From contig CAVSGO010000002.1 of NCBI GenBank assembly GCA_963727525.1, positions 143,274-207,273 of the forward strand: DNA of 64,000 bases, given 5' to 3'. The notes beneath the pieces were generated by a model. It did not search any database. It was given only the letters and a program-made list of their open reading frames with translations, and was not told the origin of the DNA. Source of the DNA: an uncultured bacterium. Its GTDB lineage: Bacteria > Krumholzibacteriota > Krumholzibacteriia > LZORAL124-64-63. The position numbers were made by a program, and so were the translations under genes. Below, in pieces: positions 12,603 through 22,396 of this stretch (position 1 is the stretch's first letter; the number at the start of each line of letters is the position of its first letter).

Positions 12603-13948
12603 GCCGCTTCGGCCCCCTGCTGCGGCACCGCGACTTCCGCGCCGTCTGGGCCGCGGCGGTGGTCTCCGGTTTCGGGGATCGTGTCGCGACCATCGCGATG
12701 TATCTCCTCATCTACAAGATGACGGGGCGGGCGGTGAACCTCGGCTTGCTCGTGGCGGCCCAGATCGTGCCCGCCATCGTACTGGGTCCCCTGTCCGGAC
12801 TCGTGCTCGACCGATACAACCGCAAGAACCTGATGGTCATGAGCGACCTGCTCGGCGCCCTTGTCGCGGCCACGCTGCCGCTTGCCGCCACGCCCGGACA
12901 GGTCTACATCCTCGCGGCCATGCTCTCCGCCGGCCGGCAGTTCACCGGTCCGGCGCGGCTGGCGCTCATGCCGGATATCCTGCCCGGCGACCAGCTGTCC
13001 GGCGCGAACTCCCTGCTCATGATCACCCGCAACCTCGTGCTCATGGTGGGGCCGGCGTTCGGGGGCGCGCTCGTGGCCTGGCACAGCTCCGACGTCGCAT
13101 TCTGGGTCGATGCCGGCACGTTTCTCCTGTCGGCGGCCTTCCTCGTGTCGCGCCGTTTCACCTACCTCGCGTCGGCCACGCCCGCAAACCCGCCGGCAGA
13201 GAACGCAGCCGCGGCTCTCGTGGAGACGCCGGTGGCAGAGCCGGCGCTCGCCGCGGCGCCCACCGCCGAGCGCGCCAGTGCCGGGTCCACGGGCAAGAGG
13301 CCGCTGGCGAGGATCAGGTCGCTGGTGTCCGAGGCCCACGTTGGCCTGCAGGTGGTCATGGCCAGCCCCGAGCTGCGCTTCGCCTTTGCGTTCTTCGCCT
13401 CGCTCACCTTCGTCACGGCCATGCAGCAGCCGCTCGTCGTCGTCTTCGTGAAGGAGACCCTGCGCAGCGGCGATATCTCGCTGGGTCTCATCGTCTCCGC
13501 GGCGGGCATGGGCGGCATCCTCGGGGCCGTGCTCGGGGGCGCACGCCTCGGCGACGGTCGGCCCCTTCGCACCGTGGTGGTGCTCACCGCGATCGACGGC
13601 TGCCTGCTCGTCGTGTTCGCGCTCAATCGTTCGGTGTGGCTGGCGGCGGCACTCTTCGCGGTGTTCGGGGCCATCGGCACGCTGGCGCAGATCGCCCTGG
13701 CCACCTTCCTGCAGCGCGAGACCCCCGAAGCCAATCGCGGCCGTACCTTCGGCTGGTTGGGGACCTGCGTCGGGCCGCTGTCTCTCGTGTCGGTGTTTCT
13801 GGGGCCGTTCGCCTCCGAGGTCCTGGGCGTGGTCGCGGTGCTCGTCATCTCGGGCGCGTTCGAGATCGTGGTCGCAGTGGTCGGCGGCCTGCTGCTTCGC
13901 CGGCGGCAGCGCGGCCTGGAAATTGCAGATCCGGCACGCGGCAGCTGA
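12599..13948 (+). CDS. MFS transporter (MefA/EntS-like, DHA3-type)
   Basis: About 12 hydrophobic segments; RDFRAVWAAAVVSGFGD and GLVLDRYNRKNLMVMSD motifs; GTGA overlap with hflX. Confidence 0.85.
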   Translation: MSRFGPLLRHRDFRAVWAAAVVSGFGDRVATIAMYLLIYKMTGRAVNLGLLVAAQIVPAIVLGPLSGLVLDRYNRKNLMVMSDLLGALVAATLPLAATPGQVYILAAMLSAGRQFTGPARLALMPDILPGDQLSGANSLLMITRNLVLMVGPAFGGALVAWHSSDVAFWVDAGTFLLSAAFLVSRRFTYLASATPANPPAENAAAALVETPVAEPALAAAPTAERASAGSTGKRPLARIRSLVSEAHVGLQVVMASPELRFAFAFFASLTFVTAMQQPLVVVFVKETLRSGDISLGLIVSAAGMGGILGAVLGGARLGDGRPLRTVVVLTAIDGCLLVVFALNRSVWLAAALFAVFGAIGTLAQIALATFLQRETPEANRGRTFGWLGTCVGPLSLVSVFLGPFASEVLGVVAVLVISGAFEIVVAVVGGLLLRRRQRGLEIADPARGS

Positions 13949-14069
13949 ATCCATCGTCGATCCGTGCAAATGAACACCGCGAGCCGATCGCCGGGTTGCA
14001 GCGTGCACGGCCCTTCGCCTACCTGTTCAAATTTCCTTTAAAAACAAACGAGTTATGGGTGGATCGTTT

Positions 14070-14086
14070 CCGGCATGGGCCTTGCT
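14070..14086 (+). promoter_or_regulatory. Putative sigma54 (-24/-12) promoter of the minor pilin cluster
   Basis: CCGGCATGGGCCTTGCT: GG(14072)-N10-GC with TTGC, about 50 bp before the fimT ATG, preceded by an AT-rich tract. Confidence 0.65.
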
Positions 14087-14135
14087 GCCGCCGTTTCCGG
14101 TCATGGTATCCAGGAACCAGGAACGGAGGCCCGAC

Positions 14136-14558
14136 ATGCCTCGCCGCCACGCTGCCCAGGGTTTCTCCCTCGTCGAGATGATGATCGTCATCGGCCTGTT
14201 CGGCATGCTGGTGGCCATCTCGGTGCCGTCGTTGCAGGGCTACATGCGGTCCAACCGGCTCGACACGCAGAGCGACCGGCTCACGTCCGACCTCGCCCTC
14301 GCGCGGTCGTTCGCCGTGGCGCGCGGCCGCATCCTCCACTTCGCGGCCACGACGACCGGCTACACGATCACGGACACGGGGACGGCCGAGACCGTCCGCC
14401 AGCACAACTTCGACGGCGACGTGGCGCTGGCCGCCAACGTCGACGCGGACTTCTTCCCGTGGGGGGCCGCGTCGACGGCCACGCTCAGCATCACGAACGG
14501 GTGCGACACGCGCATCCTCAATCTCTTGCCCACGGGCATCGTGGAGGTGGGACCGTGA
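14136..14558 (+). CDS. FimT/FimU/GspH family minor pilin
   Basis: Class III signal QG/FSLVEMMIVI; LTSDLALARSFAV..R. Confidence 0.88.
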   Translation: MPRRHAAQGFSLVEMMIVIGLFGMLVAISVPSLQGYMRSNRLDTQSDRLTSDLALARSFAVARGRILHFAATTTGYTITDTGTAETVRQHNFDGDVALAANVDADFFPWGAASTATLSITNGCDTRILNLLPTGIVEVGP

Positions 14559-14899
14559 AGCGCAACGGATTCACCCTGGTCGAGGTCATGGTCGTGATGG
14601 TGATCCTGTCCATCGGCGTGCTGCCGTTGACGATCGTCCAGACCCGGTCGCGACAGGAAGTACAGGAGGCCGACCGCTACACGCAGGCCGTCACCGTTGC
14701 CCAGCAGCAGCTCGAGTGGTTGAAGGGGCAAGGCTTCGGCAATGCCGCGGCCGACTCGGGTACGACCGGTGGCGTGGTGTGGCGCACCTCCGTGGCGCAG
14801 GTGAGTTTTGGACTCGAACGGCTCGGCGTGGAGGTGTCTTTCCGTCAGGGAGCGTCGCCCGACACGCTTCGCATGGCCTGTCTCGTCTCGGTGCGCTGA
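14555..14899 (+). CDS. PilV-like minor pilin
   Basis: NG/FTLVEVMVVMVILSIG; AVTVAQQQLE; GTGA overlap with the previous gene. Confidence 0.85.
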   Translation: MKRNGFTLVEVMVVMVILSIGVLPLTIVQTRSRQEVQEADRYTQAVTVAQQQLEWLKGQGFGNAAADSGTTGGVVWRTSVAQVSFGLERLGVEVSFRQGASPDTLRMACLVSVR

Positions 14900-14912
14900 A
14901 AGGAGCGTCGGT

Positions 14913-15509
14913 ATGCACATCCATTGGCGACAGAATGCACACCCGCGCGATCGCTGGGGCATGACACTGGTGGAACTGATGGTGTCCCTGGCCATCTTCG
15001 CCGTCATCACCACCGTCTTGATCGCATTCCTCACGGGTTCGCGGCGCACCTACAACGACACGAGCGATAGGGCGAGCTACCAGCAGTCGCTGCGCGCGGT
15101 GTTCTCGCTGATGACGCGTGAGATCCGCTCAACCGGCTGCGATCCAAACCAGACCGGCGTGATCGATCGCTTCCTGGTGGCCGACGCGAACCAGATCCGC
15201 TGTCAGATGGACCTCGACGGCAATAGCGACGTGCTCGGCACATCGCCCGACGAGGATATCACCTACACGTACAATGCGGCTGCGGAGACCCTGCAACGCA
15301 CCACCGCCTCTTCGACGCAGACCATCCTGCGCGGCGTGCAGTCGGTAACGTTCACGTACTTCGACGTTGACGGCAATCTCCTGGCGTCCGTTCCGCTGAG
15401 TCCGGGCGACCGCCAGCTCGTGCATTACGTCGGCATCGCCATCGCGGGCGAGACCGGCCAGGGTGAACCCGTCACCTACTCGACCCGGGTCCTCGTGCGC
15501 AACGGTTGA
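14913..15509 (+). CDS. PilW-like minor pilin
   Basis: WG/MTLVELMVSLAIF; QQSLRAVFSLMTREIRSTG. Confidence 0.85.
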   Translation: MHIHWRQNAHPRDRWGMTLVELMVSLAIFAVITTVLIAFLTGSRRTYNDTSDRASYQQSLRAVFSLMTREIRSTGCDPNQTGVIDRFLVADANQIRCQMDLDGNSDVLGTSPDEDITYTYNAAAETLQRTTASSTQTILRGVQSVTFTYFDVDGNLLASVPLSPGDRQLVHYVGIAIAGETGQGEPVTYSTRVLVRNG

Positions 15510-15533
15510 CTCGACCGGCGGAAAGGAACGCCC

Positions 15534-15989
15534 ATGCTCGACCCACGGTGCCAGTATCCCCAGCGAGACGGCTTCGCCCTCGTGACGAGCTTGCTGGTGA
15601 TCGTCGTACTCTCGCTGCTGGCGGTGGCCGCGGTGATGCTCTCGAGTACCGAGAAGCGTACGACCTTCGCCGAGTCCGTGCACTCGTCGGCGGTCTTCGC
15701 CGCCGACGCCGGCGGCGAGGCGGCCATCAACTTCGTGCGGCTCTGTGATCGACCGCCGAACTACATCGACGCCACGGACAAGACCGTGCAGGCGGCCAGC
15801 GACCAGCCCATCGAGGGCTCCGCTGAATACGACTACGACTGCCGCTATGTCAACCGCTCGCTCCGCGCGGGCTGGGACTTCAACTATCACGACTACAACT
15901 ATCGGGTGGCCAGCAGCGGGCGCGCGTCCATCCAGGGCAACAGCGGTGTGCAGCTGATGGCGAGCCGCCTCTTCCGGGAGGGATACTGA
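15534..15989 (+). CDS. PilX-like minor pilin
   Basis: DG/FALVTSLL with no Glu at +5, typical of PilX/GspK; AVFAADAG. Confidence 0.85.
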   Translation: MLDPRCQYPQRDGFALVTSLLVIVVLSLLAVAAVMLSSTEKRTTFAESVHSSAVFAADAGGEAAINFVRLCDRPPNYIDATDKTVQAASDQPIEGSAEYDYDCRYVNRSLRAGWDFNYHDYNYRVASSGRASIQGNSGVQLMASRLFREGY

Positions 15990-18715
15990 TGAACACGAAG
16001 ACGACACGAGGCCTGCTGGCGGCCGCGGCTCTCGCGGCGCTCGCGATGGCGGCACCTGCCGGCGCTGCCGAGCTGGGCTGCGAGATCCCCCTCTTCGTCC
16101 AGGAAGGGTCGGTGGACGCGAACGTGATGATCCTCTTCGACAACTCCGGATCGATGAACGAGGCGATGTTCCATCCTGACTTCGACCCGTTCACCAGCTA
16201 CTCCGGGCCGTTCGACGAGAACCGTACGTTCTACATCTCCAGTTCGGGCAACTACAAGCCCCGTACGGTCCCCGGCCGGCCCGGCGCGGCCAACCAGAAT
16301 TCGCCGACCGCGTACCTGGTCAGTTCCTACTGGCAAGAGGGACGCTACCGCGGCAACTACCTGAACTGGATCTTCTACCACGCGACCGACGAACAGCGCG
16401 CCACCATACCGACATACTGCCGGATCGACATCGCGCACGCGGTGGTGGCCGACCTCATCAATCGCTCGTCGCGCATCCGTTTCGGCCTCACGAAGTTCAA
16501 TTACGACAACTTCGGCCACGTCGTCGCCCCCTGCGGCACGAGCAAGTCCGACCTCATCTACACCGTCAACCATATCCAGGGCGATAGCTGGACGCCGCTC
16601 GGCGAAACGATGGAGACAATCCTCAACTATTTCGAGCGATCGAACAGCAACGCGCCGATCATCGCGAAGTGCCAGAAGAACTTCTGTATCGTGATCACCG
16701 ACGGCTTCCCGACCATGGATCGCAACGTCAGCCACTACCTATGGGACACCGACGGCGATGGCAATGATCCGGGCAGTTGCACGAGCATCGGCTCGCCCGA
16801 CCCCGACAACAACGATTGCAGCGACTTCCTCGACGACGTCGTCTATTACATGCACAACAACGACCTGCGCCCCGATCTCGAAAACGACGATGAGGTGGGG
16901 CAGAACGTCACGACCTACGCCATCGGCTTCGGCGTGGACGCGACGATCCTGCACGATACGGCCGTCAACGGCGGTGGCCTCTACTTCATGGCCGAGGGTG
17001 CCGCCGATCTGTGGACGAGTCTCGAACTTGTGATGCTCGACATCATCAGCCGGATCTCAACCGGCGCTGCCGTGGCCGTGGTGTCCACCGAGCGCGGCAC
17101 CGACGAGACGCTGTACCGCGGCAAGTTCATGCCCGGGAGCTGGAACGGCTTTCTCGAGGCGTTCGATCTCCCGTACGACAACGGCGACCCCTCGATCTGG
17201 GAAGCCGGCCACCTGCTCGCCGTGCGCGGTGCGAACGATCGCACCATCTTCACCGGTGTTGGTTCAACGCAGATGGACTTCACGACCTCCCAGGCGGCGA
17301 CGCTGCAACCTTATCTCGGCGTGGCCACGCAGACCATCGCGAGCGACGTCATCAGCTGGACCCGCGGTGAGTACGTCGCGAACTACCGCGATCGCGACGG
17401 CTGGATCCTCGGCGACATCATCCACTCCACGCCTGTCGTCGTGGGACCGCCGATGAACTTCTCCGAGGACCCAGATTACCAGGAGTTCGCTGCCAACAAT
17501 GCCGGCCGCACGCGCATGATCTACGTGGGCGCGAACGACGGTATGTTGCACGCCTTCGAGGCGATCGACGGCCGCGAGAAGTGGGCCTTCGTACCACAGA
17601 TCGCGCTCCCCGAGCTCGCGAGCATTGCCGACACCGCCTACTGCCACAAGTACACCGTGGACCTCACGCCGACAGTCAAGGACGTCAAGGTGAACGGCGT
17701 CTGGCGCACGATCCTGATCGGTGGCGGTCGCGAGGGTAACGCGGGCTACTTCGCGCTCGACGTGACCTACCCCGACTCGCCGACGTTGCTCTGGCAGGTC
17801 GAGCTGTATCATGACAAGGCCTTCTCGTCGGAAGTCGAGTTTGCGAACCTCGGCGGCACGGAGGTGGCGCTGATCGGGACCGGCCTCGACGACACCTCGG
17901 GCGAAGCCTATGTCGAGGTCTACCAGGTCTCGGACGGCACGCGGCTCGGTCGCCTGCAACTGAGCAACGACGCGTCGCGCCGCAACAAGGCCACGGCGAC
18001 CCGGGTTGTCGATCTCGATCTCGACGGAGAGGACGATCTCGGCTACGTCGCCGATCTGCAGGGGCACCTGTGGCGCCTCGCGTTCAACGGCAGCGCGAAT
18101 CCACTGTCGTGGGACGTCACGTGTCTCTGGCGCGGCAATTACGAGATTACGTCCACGCCCGTACCCGCCTACGGCGAGGCGAACAACATCCTCGTGTACT
18201 TCGGCACGGGAGCGTATCTCGACACCTCGGACCTGACGACTGCGGACGCGAATATCTTCTGCTGCGTCTACGATCGACATGACGGCGCGGAGTACGCCAG
18301 CCTCGTCGACCAGACCGACACGATCCATGACATCGGCACGGCCGACGGCTGGTACGTGCGGCTGGAACACGAGGGAGAGCGTGTGACGGAGCCGGCCGCC
18401 GTCGTGGCGGGCACGGTGCTGTTCACGTCGTACGCGCCGAGCCATGAGCTGTGCTCGGCCGGTGGCTTCTCGTGGCTGTGGCGGGTGTCGTACCTCGATG
18501 GCGACGTGCCCGACGACGGCGAGGATGATGCCTGGAACGGCGACCGCTTCGTCGAGCTCGGCGGGGGCGTGGCGTCACGCCCGGTGGTCGACATCGTGAA
18601 CGAGACGGTCATCGTGCAGTCGTCTGACGCGACGATCACCGTCCAGGATATCGGCCAGAACTTCTTCCATCTCACGGTGCGCTCGTGGCAGGAAACGTTC
18701 GGCAACAACCCGTGA
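15989..18715 (+). CDS. pilY1: PilY1/PilC family pilus tip adhesin with an N-terminal vWA-like domain
   Basis: MIDAS-like DNSGS, TPLGET and ITDG; PilC propeller motifs LGDIIHSTP and YVGANDGMLHAF; Ca loop DLDLDGEDD; C-terminal RSWQE. Confidence 0.9.
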   Translation: MNTKTTRGLLAAAALAALAMAAPAGAAELGCEIPLFVQEGSVDANVMILFDNSGSMNEAMFHPDFDPFTSYSGPFDENRTFYISSSGNYKPRTVPGRPGAANQNSPTAYLVSSYWQEGRYRGNYLNWIFYHATDEQRATIPTYCRIDIAHAVVADLINRSSRIRFGLTKFNYDNFGHVVAPCGTSKSDLIYTVNHIQGDSWTPLGETMETILNYFERSNSNAPIIAKCQKNFCIVITDGFPTMDRNVSHYLWDTDGDGNDPGSCTSIGSPDPDNNDCSDFLDDVVYYMHNNDLRPDLENDDEVGQNVTTYAIGFGVDATILHDTAVNGGGLYFMAEGAADLWTSLELVMLDIISRISTGAAVAVVSTERGTDETLYRGKFMPGSWNGFLEAFDLPYDNGDPSIWEAGHLLAVRGANDRTIFTGVGSTQMDFTTSQAATLQPYLGVATQTIASDVISWTRGEYVANYRDRDGWILGDIIHSTPVVVGPPMNFSEDPDYQEFAANNAGRTRMIYVGANDGMLHAFEAIDGREKWAFVPQIALPELASIADTAYCHKYTVDLTPTVKDVKVNGVWRTILIGGGREGNAGYFALDVTYPDSPTLLWQVELYHDKAFSSEVEFANLGGTEVALIGTGLDDTSGEAYVEVYQVSDGTRLGRLQLSNDASRRNKATATRVVDLDLDGEDDLGYVADLQGHLWRLAFNGSANPLSWDVTCLWRGNYEITSTPVPAYGEANNILVYFGTGAYLDTSDLTTADANIFCCVYDRHDGAEYASLVDQTDTIHDIGTADGWYVRLEHEGERVTEPAAVVAGTVLFTSYAPSHELCSAGGFSWLWRVSYLDGDVPDDGEDDAWNGDRFVELGGGVASRPVVDIVNETVIVQSSDATITVQDIGQNFFHLTVRSWQETFGNNP

Positions 18716-18741
18716 CCGGTCCGTCAGCAGGAGGAGACAGC

Positions 18742-19191
18742 ATGCGTCCCAGCCTTCGATATCTCAGCCGCCACGGCGCCTGCCTGGGGACGGTCATCGT
18801 CATGGCCATGCTCGTCGCGACCCTGCCGGCCCTGGCCGGCACGGTGAACGGCAAAAACATGAAGAGCCACGCGCGTCCCGAGCGTGTGAAATCGAGCAAG
18901 CGGTTCGTCTTCAAGACCGGGACGTTGCATCTCGACCGGTTCGGCAACTGGGTGCTCGGCGACGGCACCCCGCTCCTGACCGATGACGAGACCCTGTGGA
19001 CGGACGAGCAACACAAGGACGGATCCGGCACGCCGTCGGAGGGCCGGATGGTGAAGCTGATGTGTCAGCCGGGACTACGGGGACTACTGATCCGTCAGGG
19101 GACGTTGCTCGACCCACTTCGCGCAGGCGCAGCGGCCTCGGTGCCGGTGGAGTCGGTACCCGATACGCCCGAGCCGCGACGGCCTCACTGA
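18742..19191 (+). CDS. Small exported hypothetical protein following pilY1
   Basis: SD AGGAGG; signal peptide ending LPALA. Confidence 0.6.
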   Translation: MRPSLRYLSRHGACLGTVIVMAMLVATLPALAGTVNGKNMKSHARPERVKSSKRFVFKTGTLHLDRFGNWVLGDGTPLLTDDETLWTDEQHKDGSGTPSEGRMVKLMCQPGLRGLLIRQGTLLDPLRAGAAASVPVESVPDTPEPRRPH

Positions 19192-21224
19192 TCGGGCGCG
19201 GTCGTCCCCGCACTCAGCGCGGCGGACAGTTCGGCGATCTGACGCTGCTCGTCATCCGTGATGGCGGGCAGCGTCAGCGCGTGGCGCAGCAGCGTCCGGG
19301 CCTCGTCGAAGCGCCCTTGCTGCCAGCGTAACCGGGCCAGGTTGTACCAGCCGGGCACGTAGTCGGGAAAGTCCTCGGTCAATCTGGCGAGGACCCGGGC
19401 GGCGGCGGCGAACCTGCCGCACTCCGCATATAGCGAGGCAAGATTACTGCGGTATCGGGCGCGTCCCGGTTCGCGAGCCACGGCTTCCGCCATCGCCTCC
19501 ACCGCCCCGGCGAGGTCGCCCGCCTCGCGCCGTACGAGGGCCAGCCCATGGTAGGGCGCCGCCCAGGTCGTATCGAGTGCGGCGGCGCGCATGAAGCCCG
19601 CCTCGGCGGCGCTCGTTCGGTGCAGGGCCGCCAGGCAGCGTGCGCGGCGATACTGGATGAACCGGTCGTTGGGCAGGCGCCGCATCGCCTCGTCGTAGCT
19701 GGCGAGGGCGGCCTCGGAATCGCCTGCCTTCTCCAGGTATCCGCCCTGCCGGTATGCGGTCTCGGCCAGGCCTGGTTCGAGCACCTCCGCGGCAGCGCAG
19801 GCCGAGAAAATGCCGACGCGATCGCCGGCATCGGCGGCGCGCGAGGCCCGGTTCAGCTCGCAGTACCAGAACTCCTCGTTGCGGGGAAATGCCGTCCAGC
19901 TCGGCCACAGCGCCACCAGCATGCCGACCGCGGCGAGGCTCCAGACCACGACCCGGCGCCGTGAACCGTGGCGCGGGAGTGTTCCCAGCGCTAGCGCGAA
20001 CGCCGCCGTGCTGATGGCCAGCAGCGGCACGATCGGCAACCGGTAGCGCGTCGTCGGGAAGAAAGGCAGCAGGCTGAGGAAATACCCGCCGACCACTGCG
20101 AGCCAGACCCCGCGCGCCGGCGGCCGCAGCCAGGCCATGCCGAGCAGTCCACCCGCGCTCAGCACCGCGAAGGGCAGGAATAGCCAGCGTAGCGGCATGA
20201 GGCGTGTCCGCCAGAAGTTCCAGCTCACGATCTGCGGCAACTCGTATCCGCTCCAGAAGCGCACGACCTTGCGCGCGTAGTGCCGGACCATCGCCTTCGG
20301 CTCGCTCGTGAATCGCGTTACGGCGCGCCGTGTCAGCTCGTGAGACACCTGCGACGGTGCAAGGTCGTGCCCCTCCTCCGCTTCGAGGCGGATCGCGCCC
20401 GTCGGGTCGAACTCGAAGCTCGGCGTGCGCGTGATCGGTCCGAAAATACCGCCATACTGATCCTGCTGACCGATGAGCAGGTTCACACCGCCGTTGCTGG
20501 TCAGCAGCACGAGGTCACCGCCCACCACGAGGTTGCGCACCGTCACTGGCAGCACTGCCAGAGCCACGCCCAGCACCAGCATCGCGACCCGACACAGGAC
20601 GCTCCGGCCGCCCAGTCCGCGGCCGCGTAGCAGCCACGGCAACGTCAACGTCAGCACCAGGACGTTGCCCCGCGCGGTGGCCGTCAGGCCGACGAGCAGG
20701 CCGAGCACCAGCCAGCGCCGCAGCTGCGGCTGCTCCCAGGCCCGCCATGCCTGCCACGCGATCAGCAGCACGAGCGTGGTGACCACCGTGACCATGAGGC
20801 GCAGTCCGGCGTAGAACACGGGCGGTCCATACGCGCTGTAGAGCGCGGCGGCGAGCAGGCCCGTGCGGGTGTCCGCCCAGCGCCGGCCCACAGCGTAGAC
20901 CAGCGCGACGTTCCCCAGGCTGAGTCCCCACTGCAGGATCATCATCGCCGACCCTCCGACACCGAACACCCGATAGACCAGCGCCAGGAGATGAGGATAG
21001 AGCGGACCCATCCAGTATGGTTCCCCCTTGCCCCAGTCGCCGGACACCAGTCGGCGCGCCCAGAGGTCGTAATCGGAGCTATCCAGGAATGGCACCGTGA
21101 ACAGGTGGGTATGGCGCATGAACAGATAAGTCGCCACGCGCACGGCCAGGCCGAGCACGATCAGCAGGCCGAGGACTGCGGAGGGGGGAATCGCCTTGAT
21201 TTGGCGCAGGTCATTGTTCAACAT
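19185..21224 (-). CDS. GT-C fold (ArnT/PMT-like) membrane glycosyltransferase with C-terminal TPR repeats
   Basis: DSSDYDLWA, PYWMGPLYP, RGN, PVTVRN, NGGVNL and RYRLP motifs; many TM segments; TPR helices at the C-terminus. Confidence 0.85.
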   Translation of the reverse strand: MLNNDLRQIKAIPPSAVLGLLIVLGLAVRVATYLFMRHTHLFTVPFLDSSDYDLWARRLVSGDWGKGEPYWMGPLYPHLLALVYRVFGVGGSAMMILQWGLSLGNVALVYAVGRRWADTRTGLLAAALYSAYGPPVFYAGLRLMVTVVTTLVLLIAWQAWRAWEQPQLRRWLVLGLLVGLTATARGNVLVLTLTLPWLLRGRGLGGRSVLCRVAMLVLGVALAVLPVTVRNLVVGGDLVLLTSNGGVNLLIGQQDQYGGIFGPITRTPSFEFDPTGAIRLEAEEGHDLAPSQVSHELTRRAVTRFTSEPKAMVRHYARKVVRFWSGYELPQIVSWNFWRTRLMPLRWLFLPFAVLSAGGLLGMAWLRPPARGVWLAVVGGYFLSLLPFFPTTRYRLPIVPLLAISTAAFALALGTLPRHGSRRRVVVWSLAAVGMLVALWPSWTAFPRNEEFWYCELNRASRAADAGDRVGIFSACAAAEVLEPGLAETAYRQGGYLEKAGDSEAALASYDEAMRRLPNDRFIQYRRARCLAALHRTSAAEAGFMRAAALDTTWAAPYHGLALVRREAGDLAGAVEAMAEAVAREPGRARYRSNLASLYAECGRFAAAARVLARLTEDFPDYVPGWYNLARLRWQQGRFDEARTLLRHALTLPAITDDEQRQIAELSAALSAGTTAPDQ

Positions 21225-21266
21225 GGAGTGGATCCCACCCGCGTTTTCGCGTCTCAGGAGGCCGCC

Positions 21267-22337
21267 ATGGACATCCGCATCGAGCGCAATCCCGATCCGC
21301 CCGCGCCCCCGGCACCTGCAACGTACGGCTTCGGTGCGCAGTTCACGCCGCACATGTTCATGATGAACCACAGGGACGGTGCCTGGCAGGATCCCCGCAT
21401 CGTCCCGTATGGGCCCCTCGCGCTCGACCCCGCCGCCAAGGTCCTGCACTATGCGCAGGAGATTTTCGAAGGCATGAAGGCGTATCGCAATCCGCGCGAC
21501 GGTTCGGTGCACATGTTCCGGCCCGACATGAACATCCTGCGCTTCAATCGCAGCACCGAGCGCATGTGCATGCCGGCCGTGGATCCGGAACTGTTCATGT
21601 CCGCGCTCGAAAAGCTCATCGGACTCGACGCAGCCTGGGTGCCCGAACCGCCCAACGCCCTCTACATCAGACCCACGCTCTTCGGCGACCAGCCCAGCCT
21701 CGGTGTCGCGGCATCGACCAGCTACCTCTTCTACATCATCATCGGGCCGGTGGGCAGCTACTTCAAGAACGGGATCAAGCCGCTGCGCCTCAAGGCGGAA
21801 ACCACCTATGTGCGTTCGGCGCCCGGCGGCACCGGCTATGCCAAGACCGGCGGCAACTACGCATCTGCTCTGCTGCCCATCCAGTACGCCCGGGCCGAGG
21901 GCTTCGACCAGATCATCTGGCTCGACGCGGTGAATCGCCGCACGGTCGAGGAGATGGGCGCCATGAACATCGCCTTCGTGTACGAGGACCACGTGCTCAC
22001 CGCCCCGCTGGGCGATACGATCCTGGCCGGCATCACGCGTGACTCCATCGGTGTGCTCTGCAGGGACTTCGGCATTCCCTGGGTGGAGTCGCCGCCCGTG
22101 ATCCGCGCCATCTGCGACGACGCCGCGAGCGGAAAGCTCAAGGAGGTCTTTGCGTGTGGAACGGCCGCGGTGGTCACGCCGGTGGGCTCGATCAGCCTCG
22201 ACGGTGAGGACGCCACCGTGGGCGAGGGCGGCGAGGGGCCGGTCACGCGGCGCCTGCGCGAGACCCTGTGGGAGCTCCACTCCGGCACGAGCGAACGGCA
22301 TCCCGAGTGGATCCACCGCGTGCCCAGCATGCGCTGA
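21267..22337 (+). CDS. ilvE: Branched-chain amino acid aminotransferase
   Basis: LHYAQEIFEGMKAY, LYIRP, AKTGGNY (PLP Lys), ILAGITRDS, CGTAAVVTP. Confidence 0.96.
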   Translation: MDIRIERNPDPPAPPAPATYGFGAQFTPHMFMMNHRDGAWQDPRIVPYGPLALDPAAKVLHYAQEIFEGMKAYRNPRDGSVHMFRPDMNILRFNRSTERMCMPAVDPELFMSALEKLIGLDAAWVPEPPNALYIRPTLFGDQPSLGVAASTSYLFYIIIGPVGSYFKNGIKPLRLKAETTYVRSAPGGTGYAKTGGNYASALLPIQYARAEGFDQIIWLDAVNRRTVEEMGAMNIAFVYEDHVLTAPLGDTILAGITRDSIGVLCRDFGIPWVESPPVIRAICDDAASGKLKEVFACGTAAVVTPVGSISLDGEDATVGEGGEGPVTRRLRETLWELHSGTSERHPEWIHRVPSMR

Positions 22338-22396
22338 CGATTGGTGGCACTGACCGTCCCGTGCATCGACCGGACGTTACGCCGAAGGCTACGACC

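Noticed and set aside
19185-22316. 1043-aa minus-strand ORF as a single fusion protein
   Set aside because: Its first 364 aa are antisense to ilvE, so the plausible start is 21224. The same reasoning trimmed the ORFs at 43692-46085, 44202-47255 and 53717-56311.
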